Position numbers and translations under genes: made by a program. From Massalongia carnosa (Eukaryota), in contig OZ287070.1 of the NCBI GenBank assembly GCA_965645245.1, forward strand, positions 806,001 to 870,000: a stretch of 64,000 nucleotides of DNA, given 5' to 3'. Of this stretch, positions 1-11,185 are shown piece by piece. Each line of letters starts with the position of its first letter. The first letter of the stretch is position 1. Below the pieces are notes generated by a model that was not told the origin of the DNA, made no database searches, and saw only the letters and a program-made list of their open reading frames with translations.

Positions 1-892
1 AGAGGAGAAAGGTCGGCGGTCGGTAAGGAGGAGAGATGGTTCAGTGGGTTACGTGCACAGAGTACTCCGTAACGGGGTCAAGAGTCTGGAATACCCTTTT
101 GCACCGGTTGACACAACATCGATCCATCACCATCTCTCTCTCTCCTTTATTCCTCTTTCGTGTAGTCTTGTAGGGATATGAGGAGAGAAACGAATAGATG
201 GGGATGGAATCGACAGACATGTGGAGGATCGCAAGGGAGCAGGAGTAGTGAAATGCCCTCCACATTCAGACACGAGAACTGGAGACAGAATATGTACAGA
301 GTATGTATATGTACTCTGTACGGAGTATCCCTTTACGATGACACAGCGGTATCGTGTCTGGTTCCGCCAATCAAGGTACGTACACAGGTATGCTATGTAC
401 AGAGTACTCAGTCGTGTCTGTACCGCATTGCAGAGTACAGAGTACAGAGTACAGACCCACTGCCTTTGCAGGCCAAGACCTGTCCTGTTGTAGAAACGTG
501 GATGATTTGGAAAGGATTCACATCGAACGGGCAGGCCGGGATGGTCCTATTATCATCTTTACATTTGTAACTGGGTATGCCCTACGGAGTGGAAAGAGAA
601 TGATTGATTTCTGGGGTCTGCAAGCACAGCTCACCAGTGCATCGGCCTACACCTTGATCTTCCCCTCCTACAGTTTTCATGAATACTCCAAACTCTATCC
701 TTCAAGCCTGCATCCTCACCAGAATCCACGCAGATTGTGCAGGAAGGTGCACAAGCGTGCCCAAACGTGCAGTAATGCCGGTGCCGGTATCCAACGTTCG
801 TCGACGGATCGCACCTCTGATGGGGCCGCCCTAGCTAGCGGGAGAGGCACCATACCACCTCTCCACGCCCATATTTTGGGTAAACTGCTTAA

Positions 893-3800
893 ATGTCGTT
901 CAATATCGACGATGCCAGAGACCCAAGCTTAGTGCCAAGATCCGCACTAGCTGAGGGTCCAGCCTCAGTCTCAGCTCCTCCCCCTCCTCCACCTCCACCA
1001 GCTCCTCCTTTGCCTCCCCAACAGTATGGTTCTCGTGCAGCAAATGCCCTCTACCGTCTGGCGCAACCCTTGATATACGGCTCTCGACCACCTAGTGCCA
1101 ATGGGGAGCGCCCAACTCACCCCAACACCGCGGGGTTGATACCCAGTGTTCAGAAGAACCACAGGTAGGTGCGGTATTGATAACCTTTGAATCCGGCCTC
1201 AGCGCTCAAACTTGCTAATCATTCAACTGACCGCAATGGCAGCCAATTGTCGTCAAGAAGTACAACCCACAAGACTGGCATCCCAATCGCCGCCCTTGAT
1301 ATCTCTCCCTATCGAACGCATGCTATCTTAGCGGGAAGAGATATTTTAAAGACGATTCAGGTGGCAGATTCTGCCTCCGAGGACTTCAATCTCCGTTCTG
1401 CCATCATAGCATATGCGTCGACTCACAATTATGCTGGAGGTGCAATATCAGCAACCCACAAGGACCAACTAGCGGCAAACGATGTCAAATGGTCGCATGG
1501 AAAGTTTGACACCACTGTGGCGACGGCGGCCGCAAACGGTCAAATTGTGATCTATGATATAAACCGGCCAGGAGTGGAATATGGCCGGCTGCATGAGCAT
1601 GTACGTCAAGTACATAGGATTGCGTTTAATCCGCACCAGGGAGCCTTGTTGCTGTCAGGAAGTCAAGATGCTACGGTGCGACTTTGGGATCTGAGAAGTT
1701 TGGCAGGCGACAGAAGTGTTATGACGTGCCATAGCACACATCAATACCCAGGCAACAACGAAGGGATCCGGGATCTGAGGTGGTCTCCTACGAACGGGGT
1801 GGAGTTTGCTGCCGGAACAGACAATGGGGTGGTTCAGCGCTGGGATTTTCGAAAGGAAAAGGTTCCAATCGTCAAGGTGAACGCTCATGAGAAAACCTGT
1901 CATTCTATTGATTGGCATCCGGATGGTAAACACCTTGTCAGTGGGGGAGCCGACAAATGCATAAATGTATGGGATTTCTCTTCTGCAGATCGCAGAAAGA
2001 AGCCCTGTTGGCAAATTCGAGCTCCACAAGCGGTCCTTCACGTACGTTGGCGGCCACCGTCTTGGAATGCTGAGGGCGCGAATCCGGGACACTGGCAGTG
2101 CACACATCTTGCCGCGTCGTACGACAATCATGATCCACGAGTGCATATTTGGGACTTTCGCCGGCAACACGTTCCTTTTCAAGAAATTGACCGTTACGAT
2201 ACTGCTCCAACAGCTTTGCTCTGGCACTCGGAAGACCTCCTCTGGTCCGCGGGGAGCGCAGGAATATTCACGCAGACAGACATGAATTTTGCACCCAAAG
2301 TCTCAGACCGACGAAGCTCCAGTGCAGTTGCAATTGCTCCAAATGGGCAGATCCAATTTTTCTCCGAGAAGAAAGCCCAAAGGAGGAGATCATTACAAGA
2401 TACGGCGGAGAATTTTCTCAATACGAGCAGGAAGGTGAGTGGCAGCGGGGAGAGATTGAGCAGCAGCCATAGCGCCACGGATGGAAGTCTCGAGGAGCCT
2501 AGTCTCCTCAGCTCTTCCTTTAAGAACCGCCATCGCATAGCGCTAGCTACGAGGTCATCAAAGTCACTATCAAGTACGCCTCCATCTGCTGGTGTCGGCG
2601 GACCAGTTTTGAAACTTGATGAAGCAATGCGGAAAGAGTTGGTTTTTCGCCATGCTCAAGGAGCTGCCTGTGGACGTATACTGGGGTTGTTTGACGATGT
2701 TGCGTTTAAATTCCTTGCAAAATCCTACAAGATACCTTCGGCGACCTCGGCCGCTGATTCGTCTCACAAACCTCACCGAGCGGCGTGCATACGCTTCATG
2801 GAAAATGCAAGTTTAGCTACTTATGTAAATCAATATCAGCTAGCACAAAGTTGGAAGATCATAAGCCTCGCGATTGGAAAGGACCTAAGATTACGGAGAT
2901 ACGATACCGTTCGGAGTGACAGGCATGCCTCTCCATCCGTAGATCTTGGCAAACAACCTCTATCTCGAAATCAAGGCACGAAGACGAGCAACCTGGCTGA
3001 GGCCCCCAACAAAATCAATTCTATTTCGGAAAGAGATCTTGTGCACGGGAAGCTTAAAGCACCCCCGCCTTTGGAAAACTCGTCCACCACGACAACGCCG
3101 CTTGCTAGACCTGTGGCCGATATACCGGTTAATCCACCTGCGACGGGAAATGCTAGAGCGTTGGATGCAGGTGATATTCTTGTATTACCTGGTCCTGCCT
3201 GGGAGGAAAGACGCTTGCAAGGCCGCCCAGCTACGAGCTCTAATGTACTCGATTTGAGCCATTCTACAGAACATCATACCGTTGCAGCTTCAGGGAATGA
3301 AAGACCTATTGATGCCGCTGCCTCCTCTGTAGCTATACCACGTGGAATAGAGAACACAACTGCATCCACGCTGGTGGCGGGCTTCCCAGATATGGACCAT
3401 CATATGAGCGAGCGTCGAGCCGCCATGGAAAACTACAGAGCGAGACCTCGGCCTCTTCTAAGATTTGATGATCCGATATCATTACCAAGAAATCTGGTGA
3501 CATCAACATTGGACCGGCATGACTCGAACGAAAGTTTTCAGCTCTTTTCAGCTTCCACTGATAGTTCGAAGCATGCAAACTCGTTTGCAGGGTCCTTTGG
3601 AAGCAGCCAAGATTCAGATAAAGCTGGAAGAACGCCTGAGCGATGGGATATCCGTACTAGACGTCCACTGGATTTCGCTGGGCCTTTTCTTATGGAAGGT
3701 ACCCGCCTTGCTGAAATGATTACATCTCCGCCAAGCAATGAACCCAACTTTCATGCTGTAGCATCCTCAATCAATAACTCCGCTCCATTCTCTGAGGGTT

Positions 3801-4888
3801 CCCCCCTCCTCCGTCCACTATGGAATGCTGCGCCTACTGTGCACTATGAGGATATGGAGCAACCGCAAAACTTCGAAATCCCAGCAACCAACTCCGGTGT
3901 GAACGCTGATGCTGCGCATGAGGTAGCTACTAGCCCACCTCTAACTCGGGATCTTGACCGTCTTCCCCCCTGGACCACCGCTTCTATGCTTCTTCCTCTC
4001 ATTACCTACCATACGACTAACTTATGCTCGTCACAATTGCCCGCCCATGTCCTCCTTCAAACCATACCTCAGCTGTCCAGCACGGTCCCTCCAGGTCTTG
4101 TCCTCTCTATTTTACTTAATTATCATGCGCAACTCGTCTCCTTCTCGCTGTACGCCCAAGCTGCTCATCTTCGTAAACTTGCCCACCCGCTATATCCGGA
4201 TGTCTCCGATTATGGAAGCTACGGGATTACCCCTGGCGGGGCGTGGTGTACGGTCTGCCGCAAGCCTAGCAAAGGCGATAAGTCGGGATATTGCGAGCGT
4301 TGCGAAAATCGCTGGGCTGACTGCCCTATCTGTGACGGGGAAGGCCCTTTAGCATCGAAGCAAGCTTGTAGTTATGGTAATTTCTCCTTTGTTGGGGATA
4401 TCAACTTCCAGAAATCCGAATCTCTATGGGGTTGGTGCCAGTGGTGCGGGCATGGAGGTCATCTTGCTTGTCTAAGAATTTGGTGGAAGAGTGCCGACAT
4501 CAGCGAAGGTGGCTGTGCCACTGCAGGTTGTCTGCATGACTGTGTGGCGGGTAAGAGAAGGGAGGAGGCCCTAAAGAGGAAAGAGGAATCGAAAAAGGGA
4601 GCAACTGTGAAAGGGGATGAATGGGTTGTAGGGGAAAGCCGGGCTGTGGAAAGAACAAGAGGGCTTGTTGCCGGTGAGGAGGGTGCAATTCCAAGGAGTA
4701 TGGCTCAGGGCCAAGCACGCTCGAAGGCTTTTGGCGTTGGCCAAGGACCTTTGAGCATAGGAATGATGGGCCGTAGTAGCAGCGGTGGGAAGAAAGTTAG
4801 ACTCTTAGTACCACCTAGCGATGTTGAGAGGCTGGTGAAAAAAAATGAAGGACAGGCGGGTACTCTGGTGAGTGCATCGGTGCCCTAA
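893..4888 (+). CDS. RTC1: SEA/GATOR2 complex WD40-RING subunit (Rtc1/Sea2/WDR24 homolog)
   Basis: Exon 893-1164 joins the 1233-aa ORF in frame through intron 1165-1242 (GTAGGT...GCTAAT...CAG). N-terminal WD40 repeats (LLLSGSQDATVRLWDLR, HLVSGGADKCINVWDF). C-terminal Cys/His RING-like region (WCQWCGHGGHLACL..W..C..CLHDC). Confidence 0.9.
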
Positions 4889-5010
4889 TTTTGTCAAGAT
4901 TACGGATCAATCCAATGAGCTCAATGATACTAATTATCTTCAAAAATAAATGTGTTTTTTTGGCAGATTGCGAATACAATACAGTATTGGTCTAGAAGTC
5001 GAGGGAAGTA

Positions 5011-6960
5011 ACCGTGCGACCGAGGTAAATCCGATGGACCGCACCCGGAGCTACGCTCCAGGTGCGGCTCACCTCCATGACGCTATCATCTCCATGACGC
5101 ATTTCTCAAACTATTTACATTATATCCATTGATTGACCCTTTCAAAATGAAGCTATTCAAAATCAAAGGCTGACGTTCATCTATCTAACTTTCGGCCTTT
5201 TTACCCACCAAGCCAAACCGTTTAGCTATCGCTTTTCCATAGAGAAATATTTTCTTTTGTCTAGCCGTCTCAGCACGCTTTTGACGACCCTCCTCCCTTT
5301 CCACCTCTTCTTGGGTACGATGTAGGTGATTGTGCCTCACATCTCGAACGGTAACGATTCCTCCCTTCTGAACAACGGTACCAGCAAGCTTTTTTCGGGC
5401 CCTTTTAGCTAATGCAGCTGTGTGTGTGGCTTGCAAGTCGCGTTGCGTCAATTCTAGTAAATTAGCGTTTGCAACCGACCCTTTGATAAAACGTCGCATT
5501 CTTTCTGGAATAATTTCTTTATTATTATTCATTCGCTGAATAATGTTTTCCCCTTCCTTAGCAACGTCTTTGGGCTTTTTGGGGGTATGAGGTAGGATTA
5601 TTGTCTCCGAAGATGATATTGGTAGTGGTAGTAATGCCGGATTTAAAGCACGAATTTTGGTCAAGACTACCTCCGGATTGTAAGGTATCAACCCAGTTTT
5701 TTCCCAGGCTGATTTGCTAGTAGATGATTTGAATGCCTTTGTACAAAATTGATTGAATGCGGCCAGAAAATCCAGACGATTGAAGTCAACGTCACCCAAC
5801 CGAATGGCGTTGTCAACCGCTTCAGCATGATAATGTTTCATTGGCTGAAAAACACCAACGTCCAATGGCTGCGTCAAATGGGTTGAATGGGGGGGGGGGG
5901 GGGTAATCTGAATAAACAGATATTATTTTCTTTCGAATATTCCCAAAATTCATACGTTAGATGAGATCCATATCCATCCAACAAAAGAAGCCTAAACGCT
6001 CCTTTTTGAACCTTTTTTGAATGAGCATTAAAATGCTTTAACCACTCTAATGCTAGACAATCATTCGAATAGCCGCTATCGCTTGTAGTCAACACGATAT
6101 CATCTTTCAAATCATTCTCTAAGGCCCATTTGTGAAGTATGTTGACCCCTTTCAAAATCAAAAAGGATGGAACGCTTCCGCCAACTCCATTGATGCATTC
6201 GACCGAAGTTATATTCTCGATTGTCTGGATCAGCGATCATAATTCGTTTATGTGATGATAGTGTCACCACCAAATGGGTTACCCCACAGCCAACTCGAAA
6301 GCCTGTCTCATCCATATTCCATATATCATCTGGAGTTATACCAAGAAGGGCTACAGTCGATTGAAATGAAGAGAAATAAGTTTAAATATCCGTAACATTG
6401 TGAGCGTTTTTCCTTTCGGCTGCTAATGGCTTGCCTTTTTGCATGAAAAATTGGGGATTTCTTTTCAAGAATCGTCCGGTCCAGCATTTTCCTACGCGGG
6501 TGAGAGAAGTTGAAGACGAGGAAGGATGTTGCAATTGCAACAAATAATTAGCTGCACCGCGAATCAATGGCAATCTTATTGATAATTCAATATCATCAAA
6601 AAATTCAATATACTCCTTCAGGGCTAGTTCTAGTGCAGCAGACAGCCTCATATTGACTGCTTTTCGCTTGCTATATCCATGTAGTCTTCTTTGAAATAGA
6701 CGAGGTGAAATATCGAATTCTTTGGCACAGGCTGCGGCTGATTTGTATGTGTTCTTTGCAAATGCATCTAAGGCCTTTGCAATGTTCGCCTCTCGTTTCT
6801 TGTACGAATCAGACATGATGTGGTTGAATAATAAATGGTTGATGATAGATGATAGAAATTTTTTAAAAATGCGTCATGGAGATGATAGCGTCATGGAGGT
6901 GAGCCGCACCCCGAGCTCCGCTCGGGGTGCGGTCCATCGGATTTACCTCGGTCGCACGGT
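5011..6960 (-). mobile_element. pogo/Fot1-type Tc1/mariner-superfamily DNA transposon, full length (1950 bp)
   Basis: ~94-bp terminal inverted repeats at 5011-5104 and 6867-6960 (ACCGTGCGACCGAGGTAAATCCG...), flanked by TA at 5009-5010 and 6961-6962. Internal minus-strand transposase fragments. Confidence 0.95.
5185..6816 (-). pseudogene. Disrupted pogo/Fot1 (HTH + DDE_1) transposase
   Basis: Motifs WNMDETGFRVG, LLLLDGYGSH and TQPLDVGVFQPMK. In-frame TAA at 6382-6384; frameshifts near 6210 and in the G-run near 5890-5903 (the latter could be a sequencing error). Confidence 0.9.
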
Positions 6961-7185
6961 TAACAAGTATTTCGTCAGGGCTTGATATGGCACTAGCTGA
7001 ACCCCGCCTAACTATTCGGGGTTAATAAGAGTCCCGTGACCATTCTCCACCTCAAGCGAGGCCACCAAAATTTCCGTTTCCCTTACCAGCAAACGTCCCT
7101 ACCTGCGTGCCTTCTTCCAAGCTGACGGACAGCACTACAACTTACATCCTCTTCCCTCACGTAACCTCGTTCCAATCATATCACC

Positions 7186-7531
7186 ATGGAAAACGACAAA
7201 GGCGAGCTCGTCGACCTGTGTGTCGTCCCAAAAAACACCCCCCTCCCTGCCATGTCTCTCGAATTCGAACTAATGTTATCTATCTTTCCTTTTTAGGTAC
7301 GTCCCTCGAAAATGTTCTGCAACGAACCGAATCATTACTTCCAAAGATCACGCCTCGGTGCAGATTTCTATTGGCAAGGTTGACGAGAATGGCCGGTATA
7401 CAGGGGAGAACCAAGTGTATGCGCTATGTGGGTTTGTGAGGGCAATGGGCGAAGGGGACGACAGTTTAAATCGGCTAGCACAGCGGGATGGGTTGGTGAA
7501 AAGTGTTTGGACCGGTAATAGTCAGCGTTAG
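7186..7531 (+). CDS. RPS21: 40S ribosomal protein S21 (eS21)
   Basis: Absent from the ORF track. Exon 7186-7217, intron 7218-7296 and exon 7297-7531 translate to [88 protein letters not shown]. Confidence 0.97.
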
Positions 7532-8644
7532 GGGGAGGAGAATGGGTATGAAGGTAAGTTTCTCCTGCTTTTCCACTTAAAAGATAGTCTAAGGAGGCTA
7601 TGAAGAGGCTTGCTGATTGCTCATGAGAGTAGATTTTACGGATGGCTTACTGAGAGGTTAACTGGACGCTTAAGGCTTTTGAGATTGTTGGAGACAGTTG
7701 AACGTCCGTACGATTATTCAGCTGCCCTGCTCACCTCAAACTCACGCGAAATATGCATTATTATTTCCCCCGTACCTTCATCGTTACCCAAGCCCTGATT
7801 TCATCCACCCGGTTAACCCCCACATCTTGCATGAAACCCTCATCGCGGTTCATCAAGGCACGTTTCTCCTTCTCATCCTCCACCCTTGGTGAAACTTTCC
7901 ATGAAAGAGAGGCACAGAATACGCGCGCAGGGGCCGGAAGATCGATAGATTTTAATCAGTTCGCCTTCTGAAGAGATGAGACTTTCGAGCTACTGGTCTG
8001 ATCACAGATACGGGCGGGACAGTTCTCCGTTTTGATGAATGAGCGTTTAGTGTAGGCATAACTTTTCTCCGTGGAAGACATAGGCCAGTGATCGTTTAGC
8101 TTCTCTAATTATCTCTGTTGGTCTTATAATTCTCTGATAATGAATTCTGCCGGCTTCATCAGTTCCATACATGGCTACATCTATTTTGCCTTCCGAACTA
8201 CATGACCTAGTCACGCTAATCAACTCATCCTAAGTAAAAAACCGAGCACGTTGCTCAAAACTCGTTTACATACAAAACGCTGTAGCACATAAGTTTATCA
8301 AGGAAGTCTAGTAAGATTAGAATGGTTTCATAGCTTCAAACTTCCACTACTTTCGACAACTTTGAATACTGCAAGCAAGGGTGTATTGTATTTGAGCATG
8401 CCGGAAAAGCCTCTCTACAACTACTCAATACATGATCGTATAAAATACCTTGTATTGTACAAGTTCATTCGCTCTTCGCTAAATCTCGCTTATCTTAGCT
8501 TATGTGGAATCAATCGTGATCGGCGGTAGTTCAGGTTTGCTGTGAGTCTTCGGCGATCCCCCCTTTCCAATAGGTTTCCCGATACATTTTCTATGTTATA
8601 AACGATGGAAATAGGAAACAACATAACTCCAAGATTGCATATGT

Positions 8645-10619
8645 ATGACTAATCTGTCCAGAACTCTATGCTTCAGTCATCGAAGAGTGCTTACGCCAAG
8701 GATCTGTACATTCCTTCACCTATTGAATCCAACTCAAGCCAAAGACAAATTCCAAGAGCGTCCTTTTTGCGTGTCAAGAACTTTCAAAATGGAAGCTGTC
8801 AAAGCAACTGCCAATAGGCTCAAGCGCCAAGCCCTCCAAACCCTTGATACTCCTAGCAAAAAGCTTAAGGACGAAACACCGGCCTTTAAGGGTTCGACGC
8901 AAGAAGAGGAGCACGGCATCGTAGATCGTGAATTCTATCCACCTGAGATGACAAACGCTCGGTGTCTACAGTACAGTAACAATGAGCTTACGCGACCGAT
9001 CGAAGCTCTCGCCGCCGCCCGAGATGAGACGGCAGCAGATCGCGCAAAGGTTGAGGTTAAGGATGCGGTCGTCCATTGGTACAAGTGTGATCTACGTATT
9101 CAGGATAATAAAGCTCTACACCAAGCCTCCGAAAAGGCAAAAAGTAAGGGTGTTCCGCTCATTTGCATATATATCGTGTCGCCCCAGGACTTCAAAGCCC
9201 ACATGACAAGTGCGGTACGTGTCGATTTCATCTTACGGACGCTAAGAGTTTTGAAGGAGGATCTTGGGAAGCTGGATATTCCCTTATACGTTGAGACGGT
9301 TGAGATGCGTAGGGCGATACCGAACAAGATTTTCGAGTTGTGTGGGAGATGGGGCGCGTCCCATATATTTGCGAACATCGAATACGAAGTTGACGAATTG
9401 CGGCGCGAAGCCAAGATGATACGCAACGGCCTTGAAAAAGATATCGCCGTTGAGGTTGTTCCGGATACTTGCGTGGTAGCCCCAGGAGAGCTCTCGAGCC
9501 AGACAGGCAAGCAATATGCAGTCTATAGCCCATGGTATCGCGCCTGGCTTGCATATCTACACGCGAACCCCGAGCAACTTTATCTGTATGATCACCCGCG
9601 AAGAAATCCCCCGATCGCACGACAACGGTTCCATGACCTCTTCGAAAATCAAATTCCGGGGGCTCCAGCGAACAAAATCTTGACCGTCGAAGAATTGAAG
9701 CGATTCCAAAGCATGTGGCCCCCTGGGGAGCACGAAGCGCATGCCCGTTTAGAGAAATTCCTGAAGCAAAAGGCCAGCAAATATAAAGAGGATAGAAATT
9801 TTGTTGCAGCTAATAGCACTGCTGTCCTAAGCGTTCACTTTGCTTCCGGAACCCTAAGCGCAAGGACGGCCGTAGCAAGAGCGAGGGATGCTAACAGCAC
9901 GAAGAAGCTTGATGGAGGAAATTTTGGGATTGTCAGTTGGATATCAGAAGTGGCATGGCGGGATTTTTATAAGCATGTTCTTGCGCATTGGCCATTTATA
10001 TGGTAAGCTTTCCCCTCTCGAATTATGCCTTAACGACCATGCTCACAAAAGCCCCCGCCATTCCTCAAGCATGAACAAACCCTTCAAGCCCGAATATACC
10101 AACATAGCCTGGGAGTACTCATCGGCGCACTTCGATGCCTGGTGCGCCGGCCGCACGGGCTACCCTTTCGTCGACGCCGCGATGCGCCAGCTGAACCACA
10201 TGGGTTACATGCATAACCGCGCGCGCATGACGACGGCCTCCTTCTTGGCTAAGCACCTACTGCTCGATTGGCGCATGGGCGAGCGCTACTTCATGGAGCG
10301 CCTCATTGACGGCGACTTCGCCTCCAACAACGGCGGCTGGGGATTTAGCGCCTCCACCGGCGTCGACCCACAGCCGTACTTCCGCATTTTCAACCCGCTA
10401 CTGCAGAGCGAGAAGCATGATCCCGACGGTGAGTATATTCGAAAGTGGGTTCCCGAGCTGGCGCCCGTACAGGGGAAAGCGATTCACGACCCATATGGAC
10501 GTGGTGCGGGGAAAGAGGCGGAGAAGGCAGGGTATCCGAGGGCGATTGTGGAGCATAAGCTTGCGAGGGAGAGGGCGTTGGCGCGGTATAAGGAGGGGCT
10601 AGGGAGATCGACTGCTTAG
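8645..10619 (+). CDS. PHR1: Class I CPD DNA photolyase
   Basis: VHWYKCDLRIQDNKAL, WRDFYKHVL, GRTGYPFVDAAMRQL, MHNRARM, LIDGDFASNNGGW, FRIFNP. Intron 10003-10069. Confidence 0.95.
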
Positions 10620-10780
10620 AAGAGTGTGTTTCAGCGTCTTCGCAGGAGACCCATATGGATGAGAAACACCATTTGACGAAGCCCACGATTCACCACCGGC
10701 GCAAACGAAGGGCTCTGACGCCAACGGTTATTCATCAACCTGAGAGTCGATTCCCTCGTGGATTTGCTAAGCACACAACA

Positions 10781-11185
10781 TCATCTCCATGAGACGCCAC
10801 TTGGCCGCCCACGCCAAGAAACCTGCGTCTCCTCCCCTGAAACAAGAGACCATGCAACCAGATGAAGACGCTCTTCCCTTTTTGCAACGAAAGCATATAT
10901 GTATTTGTTTTCGTCGCTATTTATATATCCCGTATATCTCTGCCCAAAGCTACCTATCCTCATACCAACATTCATCCACCCATCCACCACCTTTTTCAAA
11001 CCCTCCGCCTTATAGATGCTGATAAAGCTGTCTGAGGTGTTGATCGATTCAGTAAGAGCTCGGATGCATGCTCTCACATAGGTTAGCGTGTAAGCGGTGC
11101 TGGTCGCGAGTTTTTGGTTGGAAGATTGGGTTGAGGTCCATATTAGGGATATAGCTTTGCTTTCATCATCTCGTTCGTTATACAT
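10781..11185 (-). CDS. Possible orphan ORF (~134 aa from ATG 11185)
   Basis: Uninterrupted ORF in an otherwise gene-free interval with protein-like composition. No recognisable motif. Confidence 0.25.
   Translation of the reverse strand: MYNERDDESKAISLIWTSTQSSNQKLATSTAYTLTYVRACIRALTESINTSDSFISIYKAEGLKKVVDGWMNVGMRIGSFGQRYTGYINSDENKYIYAFVAKREERLHLVAWSLVSGEETQVSWRGRPSGVSWR

Noticed and set aside
41..932. ORFs of 74-192 aa at the window start
   Set aside because: They are read through the TACAGAGTA repeats and the RTC1 promoter and show no protein-like motifs.
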